Source: Felixounavirus NRG857CP1. Taken from it: a DNA stretch of 64,000 bases. Positions 27,705 through 35,824 of this stretch are shown piece after piece. Position numbers and translations under genes: made by a program. Location of the stretch: sequence record OZ035806.1. One strand, written 5' to 3'. Below the pieces are notes generated by a model. The model was not told where the DNA came from and ran no database searches. It saw only the letters and a program-made list of their open reading frames with translations. The first letter of the stretch is position 1; the number at the start of each line of letters is the position of its first letter.

Positions 27705-28804
27705 TATTCATAATCCCTAATAACTAACCCGACAGGGAACTGTAAAGAACCCTTACGAGTCATCTTCTGAAACTGAACCGTTAAAGGCTTCCCGATAAAC
27801 TCTTCAGGATGTTCAGCAAGATACTGTTTCTTCTCGTGTGTAGTCTTCCATGAGACATCTACAAAGACGTTAGGAAGAGTCTCTACAACGAACTTGCCAT
27901 GACCACGTTTATCGGTCTTTACACCAGTCACTTTAAACTCTTCAGTGTGCATCTTCTTATGCTTAATCAAGAAGTATGAACGGTGACAACACTCATAGAA
28001 GGAGTCTTCAGAGATTGAGCGGTACATTGCACCTTCAAACTTAGCTTCAACCCACTTATCATGAGCTTCATCAAACTCTTCCCAAGAATTTACACGGATA
28101 GTCTGTACAGGAACCACTCTACAGGTATCCCCAAGCTCAACAATAGGTGAGTTATCAATAACTTCACGACGCTCAGGCCAAGATTTTGAATTGTCACAGA
28201 TATCATACCAGTAGAATTTAAGAAGGTGACGGTCTGGATTGTCAGCATTCTTAATCATAGATACAATATCTTCTAAGTCCCAGCCATGAGCATAAATCTC
28301 TCCATCAAAGTCTTCAACTTGCGGATGTAATTTAAGCAACAAAAGTAAGTCTGGGATTAGTTCTGCTGGAACGTTGTAAACAGTATTCTCACGAGAATAA
28401 GCTGTGAAACTGACTGAATCAGCATCTCTTGAAATTCTACAACGTACACCATCCAGTTTTGGTTGAGCATCAGCAGGGAACTTCAGATACTTTGCATGAC
28501 TAACCTTTGCAGCATCATGAGCAAGCTGTACACCTACCTTCTCAGTATTCTGTGCAGACTCTTTTGTGTAAGCATAACCTTTACGGTCAACTTGCTTTTT
28601 ATACTTAGCAGCAACTTCAAAGAGAGCTTGCTGTTCAGCGTTACGCTCATTCTTTTTACCGATGTTTTTCGGTTCTGCTGTGTACTCTTCAAACATCATC
28701 TTGCCATTTTCTTTACCATAGGTTGTAATAACTTTGTCACCTACAGCAACGCATGACCAGACGTTGAAAGAGCCATCTTTATTTTGTTTGTATAGGATTG
28801 TCAT
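27704..28804 (-). CDS. ATP-dependent DNA ligase
   Basis: Adenylation motif KLDGVRC (K-x-D-G-x-R); about 366 aa; start chosen at ATG 28804, preceded by GAGGAATAAAA RBS (ORF open to 28837). Confidence 0.8.
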   Translation of the reverse strand: MTILYKQNKDGSFNVWSCVAVGDKVITTYGKENGKMMFEEYTAEPKNIGKKNERNAEQQALFEVAAKYKKQVDRKGYAYTKESAQNTEKVGVQLAHDAAKVSHAKYLKFPADAQPKLDGVRCRISRDADSVSFTAYSRENTVYNVPAELIPDLLLLLKLHPQVEDFDGEIYAHGWDLEDIVSMIKNADNPDRHLLKFYWYDICDNSKSWPERREVIDNSPIVELGDTCRVVPVQTIRVNSWEEFDEAHDKWVEAKFEGAMYRSISEDSFYECCHRSYFLIKHKKMHTEEFKVTGVKTDKRGHGKFVVETLPNVFVDVSWKTTHEKKQYLAEHPEEFIGKPLTVQFQKMTRKGSLQFPVGLVIRDYE

Positions 28805-28806
28805 TT

Positions 28807-28998
28807 TTATTCCTCTGAGTGATACCAAGTATTGCAAGCATTACATGCGTAAAGCTCTAAGTCATTTTTATCTGGTTTATGAAAACAGTTTGCTCCGCAG
28901 TGGCAACGAAATGGCTTTCCACCAACTGTCAGGACGAAGGACTGAATCTTTCCATCAGGAGTCCGTACAGCATTTTTATACTTATCTTCTTTGTTCAT
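28807..28998 (-). CDS. zinc-ribbon protein
   Basis: 63 aa with CHC...C and CNAC cysteine clusters. Confidence 0.4.
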   Translation of the reverse strand: MNKEDKYKNAVRTPDGKIQSFVLTVGGKPFRCHCGANCFHKPDKNDLELYACNACNTWYHSEE

Positions 28999-29300
28999 TT
29001 CCTCTTGCCACCAATTTCTACGTCAATAACTTGAACATCACCAGCAACATCAAACTTATGAATGATGCTTTCCACAGTGTAAGTCCAACCATCAATGCGA
29101 ACCAACTCACCTTCTCGTGGGACGATTGGGTTACGTTGAGCTACCGTTGTAGTAGAGTGAACAACATCATAACAATAGATATAGTTTACTAGGACTTCCA
29201 TCGTGAAACCCTCACTCAATAACCGTAGTGTGTGATTGACCATTTTTGCCATAGCTATAAGATGTTGTTGTTTGGGAGTTTGGACATCTGACAACAACAA
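28995..29300 (-). CDS. hypothetical protein
   Basis: 101 aa ORF; real start may be an internal Met because it overlaps the upstream gene. Confidence 0.3.
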   Translation of the reverse strand: MLLSDVQTPKQQHLIAMAKMVNHTLRLLSEGFTMEVLVNYIYCYDVVHSTTTVAQRNPIVPREGELVRIDGWTYTVESIIHKFDVAGDVQVIDVEIGGKRK

Positions 29301-29448
29301 TATCTCTGCTTATAGCATCACCATGTAACTTGTATACTCTGCAATCTTGCATCTCTGGTGGGAGGCTGTAAGAAGCATTTTTATCTTCATAAGAAGGGTT
29401 GCAGCCAGATAGAAAAATAACACCAAGCGCAATTACTGATTTCCACAT
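29212..29448 (-). CDS. lipoprotein (putative)
   Basis: Signal MWKSVIALGVIFLSGC with lipobox LSGC; start set to second Met (ORF open to 29472). Confidence 0.4.
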   Translation of the reverse strand: MWKSVIALGVIFLSGCNPSYEDKNASYSLPPEMQDCRVYKLHGDAISRDIVVVRCPNSQTTTSYSYGKNGQSHTTVIE

Positions 29449-29635
29449 AATACACCCCTGTTTACTGTTCACGATGCTCTACTTCTCTGTATGTACGTCG
29501 ATAATGAATGATAAGTGGTGCTAATTCATTGCTTTTAACATTTGAGCGTAACAGTTGCCAGTCAAAACCTTTACCAACTCTTCCATATAAATTAAAAAAC
29601 TTAACTTTGCGTTTCATTTTCGGTATCTCCAATAT

Positions 29636-29863
29636 TCAGAGGTTAATATTAATACGTTCGCCCTTAAGGACTCCAGTACGGTCCCTTGCAATCTTACCAT
29701 CAACAATAAGGATATGCGCAGACCTTAAAGAGTCATTATTAAAACCTTTTACGAACTTACTAGGCATCACTACAATAAGCATCTCCTGAATCAACTCTGG
29801 AGTATAGCAGTTATCATGAAGTTGTTGGATAACGTCTGCAAGTGTCATTTTTGATGTCTCCAA
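29636..29863 (-). CDS. hypothetical protein
   Basis: 75 aa ORF. Confidence 0.3.
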   Translation of the reverse strand: METSKMTLADVIQQLHDNCYTPELIQEMLIVVMPSKFVKGFNNDSLRSAHILIVDGKIARDRTGVLKGERININL

Positions 29864-30054
29864 TACTCAATGTCAATAAGTTCTTGTGCAATGCTTTTCA
29901 GATTACCTTTCAAGAAAACCTTCTCAGAACCTGAAAGAGATGAATTGTCAATTAACCTGTTCATTCTCTCAAACAACTTCTGCTTACGGTTCTTGATAGT
30001 TTCCTTTGAAGCGCCTTTCATCATCGCTGCATGGGTTCTTCCACGATGGCTCAT
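29845..30054 (-). CDS. hypothetical protein
   Basis: 69 aa basic ORF. Confidence 0.3.
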   Translation of the reverse strand: MSHRGRTHAAMMKGASKETIKNRKQKLFERMNRLIDNSSLSGSEKVFLKGNLKSIAQELIDIEYWRHQK

Positions 30055-30105
30055 AAGTCCTCCTATACAAGATATTGTATAAGGTACTCTTCCCTGAGCA
30101 CCTTG

Positions 30106-30657
30106 TCAACTTAGTTTTGCAAACTCTCCGTGGAGTTTAATAGCAGCTTCACAGTAAGCTTTATGGGCTTCTTCTGGTGTGTCAAACATACCAAGATGAT
30201 AGTTTTTACCTTGTAAACGTATCATTGCTCGAAACCTTTTACTTATCTTCTGTACACCTTTTGGCAACCCAGATGGGGACTCTCTTGACCGATTGCAAGA
30301 GTTTTGTGAAGCTGTACAAACCCTTAAATTCAAGTACCTATTGTCCCAACCGTCCCCATTCTTATGGTCAACCTGTAAGGTTTTATCAGGTAGATATCCA
30401 TCCATATACAAGATAACTAAACGATTTGCTTGGTAACCCCTTCCATCAATCAGCAACTGAACTGACTTGTGTCCATCAGTATTTGTTCTGTAGTTTCCAG
30501 CCCTCTTACCTCCAAATCTAGAGTTAAAGTTTGCATTACCTTCTCTAAACTTCCAAGTAAAGACCCCTGTTTCGGGGTCGTAGTCCAATAGCTCCTTAAG
30601 ACGAATTTCTGTAATCATTTCAACACCATCAATGCACTTCCAACCAGCTCTTACCAA
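30106..30657 (-). CDS. HNH homing endonuclease with AP2-like DNA-binding domain
   Basis: HNH motif QVDHKNGDGWDNRYLNLRV...QN; C-terminal AP2-like GVQKISKRFRAMIRLQGKNYHLGMFDTPEEA; paralogue of 40197-40721; alternative start at 30618 would remove the overlap with the polymerase. Confidence 0.7.
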   Translation of the reverse strand: MVRAGWKCIDGVEMITEIRLKELLDYDPETGVFTWKFREGNANFNSRFGGKRAGNYRTNTDGHKSVQLLIDGRGYQANRLVILYMDGYLPDKTLQVDHKNGDGWDNRYLNLRVCTASQNSCNRSRESPSGLPKGVQKISKRFRAMIRLQGKNYHLGMFDTPEEAHKAYCEAAIKLHGEFAKLS

Positions 30658-33328
30658 CCTTACCTGTGCCAGTTACAAGCGTCTCACTCTTCAAACCTAA
30701 ATTCTTAGATGCCTGACCATACATCCAGTCAGTTATGGCTTTAACTTCTTGAGTCATACTTTCTGGGCACTCCCAACTGTTTTCATCGTGGTATGCCAGC
30801 AAAAGCCTAGCACCAATTGCTGGTTTTCGTCCATTTAATTTTGTCAACCCTTCTTCACATGCTCTTCTACAAGCAAGGTTAATCGCCTCATTTTGAATCT
30901 GAGCCTCTGAACCCATGAGCAAATAATTCAATAACTTATGTGGAGATTTACACCACAACCAAGCTCCAGCAACCTTTACAAAACCCCCTTTAGAGATTGC
31001 AGCAGTCTTACCAAACACCTCTTCAAGTGCCTTTTTAGTTGCTTTGTAGTCAGCTTCCAAGTCATCTAGCAGCTTCTTAATTTTAGGCAAACGAATAAAG
31101 TAAGTCTGTTTAGTCAGTGCTCCTTCCTGAGTAGTTGCAGCTTTAATCGTCTTAGCAAACTTCTCATCACCTGCACCGAACAGCAGTGCATAGATACCAT
31201 TCTTAGCTTTCTTACGACCTTTGCTAATCTCATGAAGAAGATTCTCATCCTGAGTAGCTCGACAAGTCAAGATATCCTGCTCATCATTCAAGCTAAAGTA
31301 AATACTGTTCAGTGTATGTGCATCAGTCCCTGAATAGACAACGTACAGGTCATTCTCAGAGTCATAGCGAAGGTACTTATCAATTTCTGGGTTGAGATAC
31401 TCATCAAAATGTTTGCAGTAATAGCGTCCATCTTCTTGACGAATGAACTCAATCTCTTCTTTACCTTGCGTTACCGCTTTGGTGAAGTCTTTGTCACCCA
31501 TAAAGTTACAAAGAAGAACTAGCTGGGCTGAGTTCATGTCTACAGAGACAACGTTAGTCCCTTCCTCACAAATCCACACTGCCCTCATTGGTTCCCCATA
31601 GACAGCAGCACCAGACGGTACGTTTACAATACCATATTGTGTCATACGTCCAGTTGAAGTACCAAACACCATTGCACCAGCACTAAGGCGACCATCAGGA
31701 CGAATCTGGTTCAACCAACCTTTTTCATCATCCTTTGAGTTCTCAATAGTTCTGCGTCTGTGCATCAAAGTGTAGTATTTCGCAATCTTCTGTCCAAGCT
31801 CACCTTCAATCGTATCATAAGATGATTCAGTAAGTTTTGGTGAAGTACGGATTAAGCAAGGCTCAAGCAAATCTGTGTACTTCTTCACAGACCAGTTATG
31901 CTCAATATACTGTACACCTTCGTGCTCAACATAGCTCAAACCACACCGCTCAACCATTTCCTGCCACTTAGGATGTTTTGTAATCATCTTTTTATTGTCT
32001 TTGAAACGACAAACTTTGACAGGGCGACCATCTGAGTCTTTCTTGTAGTTCCAGTCATCTGGAATCCAACCAACTGATTTCAAGTAGTCTTTAACAACTG
32101 CTACCTGAGTCATACGAGAAACTTCAAACTCAATTGGTGTATACGGTGCATCAATCAAACCTGTGTAGCGACTTGACTCAAGTTCAAAGTGGTTAACAAC
32201 GTGACTGTTATAGTACTTCACAGTTTTGACTGTTTTTACTGGCTTCCAGTCTTTGCATTTCTTACCAATCTTTGCATTCAACTCATTGCAAATTTCACGA
32301 GCATCCTTCATTGCTACAAAACCCTCCTTGTACTCTTCACCAGTTACAGAGTTGGTTGGTGTATAGCAATTCCTTTTTTCAATGTTAAAAATCTTTGTAG
32401 TTGGCTTACCAAATGGTTTGATTTCATAAGTCTGCATCTCACCATTACGTACCTGCTGACGATACTTTGTCTTAGGGTACTTGGTAATTCTTTTCAGTCC
32501 ATCTGCATGACCAAATGCTTCAACATACTCATTCCAAGCTTTTGCAAACTCTTCTCCAGTGACTTTACCTTTGGTCTTAATAGTTGGAGGTAGATGTGGT
32601 TCAACCTCTGAAGCAAGCTCATTAGTCAACTTGTCAAGTTCCTTTACATGGAACTCCATAAGCTCCTTATCAGCTTTCCAACCATTGATAGCTTGTTGAC
32701 TCATCCAGAAAGATGTTTCTTTAGCTCGCATGTAAGTTTCATAAGTGTCTATACCACACTTCTTAAGCTTGAGATACTCGTTATCAAGTGCCCGTTTAGT
32801 TTTGGCGTTAATACGGATATCTTCTACAACACGAGTGAAGATTTCTGCATTCCACACACCCCAATGTTCAATCTCTGGTTTACGAACACCAACACGAGCA
32901 CCCCATGCAGCCAAACCATGAGCACCTTTATAGCCCTTTGGAGTTGGTCTATCCATCCACTGAACACGAGACTGGATAAGAGAATCCTGAAAGAAATTAC
33001 TCCACGGTTTACACTTTGGATTATCAAAGTTCCATAAATCAGGTGCAATGTGATTGAAAACCCACCAGTCATAACCGAGACCATTGTGGATGCAAAGACG
33101 TTTTGCCTTTAACGCAAACTCAATACCTTCACGTAAGCCACCCTTGATGTACTTAGTGTACTTGTGACCGAGGATAGGCTCATCTGTAAAGACCCATACA
33201 GGTGGCTCTTCATCGTCAGATTTATAGTCTGCGAAAGCCATTACGTGCACTTTAGTGAACTCAAGGAGTAAACCATCAGTTTCTGTATCACCAACTAAAT
33301 GTAAGTTTTTAAAATCTACGTTTTCCAT
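30629..33328 (-). CDS. DNA polymerase, family A (Pol I-like), with 3'-5' exonuclease domain
   Basis: Exo I-like DTETDGL near N-terminus; motif A-like VVSVDMNSAQLVLL; motif B-like RKKAKNGIYALLFGAG; motif C-like YHDE; start set at ATG 33328 after AGAGGGAG RBS (ORF open to 33358). Confidence 0.85.
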   Translation of the reverse strand: MENVDFKNLHLVGDTETDGLLLEFTKVHVMAFADYKSDDEEPPVWVFTDEPILGHKYTKYIKGGLREGIEFALKAKRLCIHNGLGYDWWVFNHIAPDLWNFDNPKCKPWSNFFQDSLIQSRVQWMDRPTPKGYKGAHGLAAWGARVGVRKPEIEHWGVWNAEIFTRVVEDIRINAKTKRALDNEYLKLKKCGIDTYETYMRAKETSFWMSQQAINGWKADKELMEFHVKELDKLTNELASEVEPHLPPTIKTKGKVTGEEFAKAWNEYVEAFGHADGLKRITKYPKTKYRQQVRNGEMQTYEIKPFGKPTTKIFNIEKRNCYTPTNSVTGEEYKEGFVAMKDAREICNELNAKIGKKCKDWKPVKTVKTVKYYNSHVVNHFELESSRYTGLIDAPYTPIEFEVSRMTQVAVVKDYLKSVGWIPDDWNYKKDSDGRPVKVCRFKDNKKMITKHPKWQEMVERCGLSYVEHEGVQYIEHNWSVKKYTDLLEPCLIRTSPKLTESSYDTIEGELGQKIAKYYTLMHRRRTIENSKDDEKGWLNQIRPDGRLSAGAMVFGTSTGRMTQYGIVNVPSGAAVYGEPMRAVWICEEGTNVVSVDMNSAQLVLLCNFMGDKDFTKAVTQGKEEIEFIRQEDGRYYCKHFDEYLNPEIDKYLRYDSENDLYVVYSGTDAHTLNSIYFSLNDEQDILTCRATQDENLLHEISKGRKKAKNGIYALLFGAGDEKFAKTIKAATTQEGALTKQTYFIRLPKIKKLLDDLEADYKATKKALEEVFGKTAAISKGGFVKVAGAWLWCKSPHKLLNYLLMGSEAQIQNEAINLACRRACEEGLTKLNGRKPAIGARLLLAYHDENSWECPESMTQEVKAITDWMYGQASKNLGLKSETLVTGTGKVGKSWLEVH

Positions 33329-33523
33329 TTTTACTCCCTCTAAAATCATTAACCTCATACATTACTGCAAAAAATTATAAAAAGCAAGTTGACAATGCAC
33401 TTGACAAGGTGTTAATCTTTGCGAAGTGGGTTTTTACTTAAAAGGTTACTTAACAGTTTAACTATACAGATACTTTAAAACTCTTAAAAGATTATTTAAT
33501 AGCTTTTAAAAAGCTTTAAAGTA

Positions 33524-33542
33524 TAACGTATAGAATACGTTA
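33524..33542. promoter_or_regulatory. perfect inverted repeat (operator-like) in divergent intergenic region
   Basis: taacgtat-aga-atacgtta, about 45 bp upstream of the plus-strand ORF at 33586; a second palindrome agctttt-a-aaaagct lies at 33501-33515. Confidence 0.5.
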
Positions 33543-33585
33543 AGATAAAAGATTAAAACTTAATAGTTACTTAAAAGAGGCTTAC

Positions 33586-34008
33586 ATGCAGAAAATGTTT
33601 GTTCACCCAGACATAGCTGACTTTGTGAGAGCTTTGCAGAAGTTGGAAGAACTTGACATTGCTGCTCAACGGGAATATGCTCACCATCACAGGAGAATGG
33701 TTGATATACAACATGAAATAGAGTTGTCTGAAAACTATGAAGATGACTTAAAATGCTCTGTATTTGAGCATATGAAAGATGTTGCTACAGCGAGGCGTAA
33801 AGCTAAAGACACAGTTGCTTTACTAGATTCTCTTAAAAAGAGGTTGCAAAGTGGCACAGACCTGTGTAATCTAGCGTCACTGATTAACGATGTTGAAACT
33901 TCTTGGGATAGGCACTATTATCCACGTTCTGAAAAGACACTTGACTTTTCTTCATCCGAAAACTTAAAATGTTCTAGAAAGAAACTTAACCAACTGAGAG
34001 AGAAATAA
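33586..34008 (+). CDS. hypothetical protein
   Basis: 140 aa ORF, first gene of the plus-strand block. Confidence 0.4.
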   Translation: MQKMFVHPDIADFVRALQKLEELDIAAQREYAHHHRRMVDIQHEIELSENYEDDLKCSVFEHMKDVATARRKAKDTVALLDSLKKRLQSGTDLCNLASLINDVETSWDRHYYPRSEKTLDFSSSENLKCSRKKLNQLREK

Positions 34009-34009
34009 T

Positions 34010-34810
34010 ATGAATATCGATGTAGAAAAGATGCTTGAAGAGAAAGGTGTTGATGAAGCATTCTTAATCAATGCCGTAGAAAGCATGGCTATGATTCTTC
34101 GTGGTAATAACTACACAGAACAGTTTATGCCTGCAAGCTATAACTTGCCTGAAGACAAGTCTGATAACAGTGCTTTTGCAGAACAGGTCAACATGATGCT
34201 TTGCGACAAAACACTTGCTTTAGCATCTATCGTTGTAGGTGTTGATGCTCTTGCAGAGTTCATTTTTTATGAGATGCAGAAAAATGACTATATTGCCATG
34301 ACCACTGAAGAAAAAGACTTGCTACTACTCGCAGGTAATGATGAACTAATTGACCTGTTAATTTCATCAACTAGTGCTGTTATGGCTGCTCTTGAGAAGC
34401 GCATGGAAGAGAAACTTTCACGATATGAAAAACTTGATTGGGGCGTAGAAGAATTAAACCCACGAATCAAAGAGATTATACAGCAAACTAAAGAGTCTTT
34501 GGAAGAAGCTGTTGAAAATGACTCTGTAGCTGATATAGAACCACTTCAGGTGAAAGTTGCGCTGATGATTCCAGCTATCTCCACGATGATGAATATCGTT
34601 GCACTAATCCAACTTTCACAGATGATGGGTGTGAGTATTGAGTTCATTGAAGAGATGACTGGTGGCGTCAGTATGCAAGCAATCAATGATGTTTTGGTGA
34701 ACATTGGTGCTTCCATCATTGAAGAGAAACTACGCATTAACTTCGGTGATGATTTTGTGAAGCAACTCTCAGCTATGGCTGAAAAAGAGTCTGCTGAGCA
34801 ACTGAACTAA
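34010..34810 (+). CDS. hypothetical acidic protein
   Basis: 266 aa ORF, followed by terminator-like hairpin. Confidence 0.4.
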   Translation: MNIDVEKMLEEKGVDEAFLINAVESMAMILRGNNYTEQFMPASYNLPEDKSDNSAFAEQVNMMLCDKTLALASIVVGVDALAEFIFYEMQKNDYIAMTTEEKDLLLLAGNDELIDLLISSTSAVMAALEKRMEEKLSRYEKLDWGVEELNPRIKEIIQQTKESLEEAVENDSVADIEPLQVKVALMIPAISTMMNIVALIQLSQMMGVSIEFIEEMTGGVSMQAINDVLVNIGASIIEEKLRINFGDDFVKQLSAMAEKESAEQLN

Positions 34811-34827
34811 GTCTTTATAAATCTTAC

Positions 34828-34853
34828 AAGCCTCCTTAGTTGGGGGCTTTTTA
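34828..34853 (+). terminator. intrinsic terminator candidate
   Basis: stem aagcctcc / gggggctt (one G-U pair), loop ttagtt, then tttt. Confidence 0.45.
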
Positions 34854-34871
34854 GTAATTAATGGAGATAAA

Positions 34872-35615
34872 ATGAGTAATATTATAGCATTTACTGGAAA
34901 GGCGCGTTCTGGAAAAGACACCTCATGTTCTATTGTGAAGAACATCTTAGAGGATGAGCACGGCTACAATGTTGCAGTAATGGCCTTTGCAGACAACCTT
35001 AAACTATCTGCATCAAAGATATTTGACTTGACTTGGAATGACCTGTACGGTGAAACTAAAGAGACTCCGCAGGTATTTGACTTATCATATCATGAACTGA
35101 TGTTTAAAGTTACGGAAGCTATGGAGTTCACCTTCAGGGATGAACGTTACCATATGGACTTCAAGCTTATGTCAGAGTTAACCGGACGATTAATCATGGA
35201 GCTTAAGAAGGTTGCTAAACCGACTCTATTGACACGTCTGGGGTTTAGTAAAAAGTATAAATTCTCATCAAGACAAATTCAACAGATTTGGGGTACTGAA
35301 GTTGTCCGTAAAGTAATGGGCGACAAGTTCTGGTCTAAAGACCTTGAAAAAAGAATGGTTAGATTCCATGAAATGTGCTCACTTAGAAATCAATATGGTT
35401 TTGTCTTAATCAGTGATTTAAGATTTGACTCTGAAGCTGAATGGCTGAGTAGATTTGCACACCAAACTATTGAAGTAAAAAGAGACAATGTGGACAAAGT
35501 TTCATCACATGTTTCAGAAAATGGAATTTCTACAAAATATGAGCGTGACATTATTCATAATAATGGTACTCTTGCAGACCTTGAGAACAAGCTAAGAGCC
35601 ATCATTAAAGTTTAA
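34872..35615 (+). CDS. P-loop kinase, deoxynucleoside monophosphate kinase-like
   Basis: N-terminal IAFTGKARSGKDT resembles the GxxRSGKDT P-loop of phage dNMP kinases. Confidence 0.5.
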   Translation: MSNIIAFTGKARSGKDTSCSIVKNILEDEHGYNVAVMAFADNLKLSASKIFDLTWNDLYGETKETPQVFDLSYHELMFKVTEAMEFTFRDERYHMDFKLMSELTGRLIMELKKVAKPTLLTRLGFSKKYKFSSRQIQQIWGTEVVRKVMGDKFWSKDLEKRMVRFHEMCSLRNQYGFVLISDLRFDSEAEWLSRFAHQTIEVKRDNVDKVSSHVSENGISTKYERDIIHNNGTLADLENKLRAIIKV

Positions 35616-35623
35616 AAGAGATA

Positions 35624-35824
35624 ATGAAGATGAGAGTAAAAGACAATTTTAAAGTTATTGACCACCGTTTAGTGGAACTCTCATCTCTTTCCAATGAGGT
35701 AATGATTGAACGTCTTAAGAGAGTTGAATCACGAAGGAAAGAGATTGCAGATGAAATTCATGAACTGGACAAGATTGAAAATGGATTGAAGGCAGAACTA
35801 CAACGAAGAGGTGCTAATGTCTAA
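35624..35824 (+). CDS. hypothetical coiled-coil protein
   Basis: 66 aa ORF. Confidence 0.3.
   Translation: MKMRVKDNFKVIDHRLVELSSLSNEVMIERLKRVESRRKEIADEIHELDKIENGLKAELQRRGANV

Noticed and set aside
23612-33328. Group I introns or inteins interrupting thyA, nrdA, nrdD or the DNA polymerase, as in T4-like phages
   Set aside because: Each gene reads as a single uninterrupted ORF of normal length with conserved motifs in order; the endonuclease genes are free-standing, not intron-encoded.
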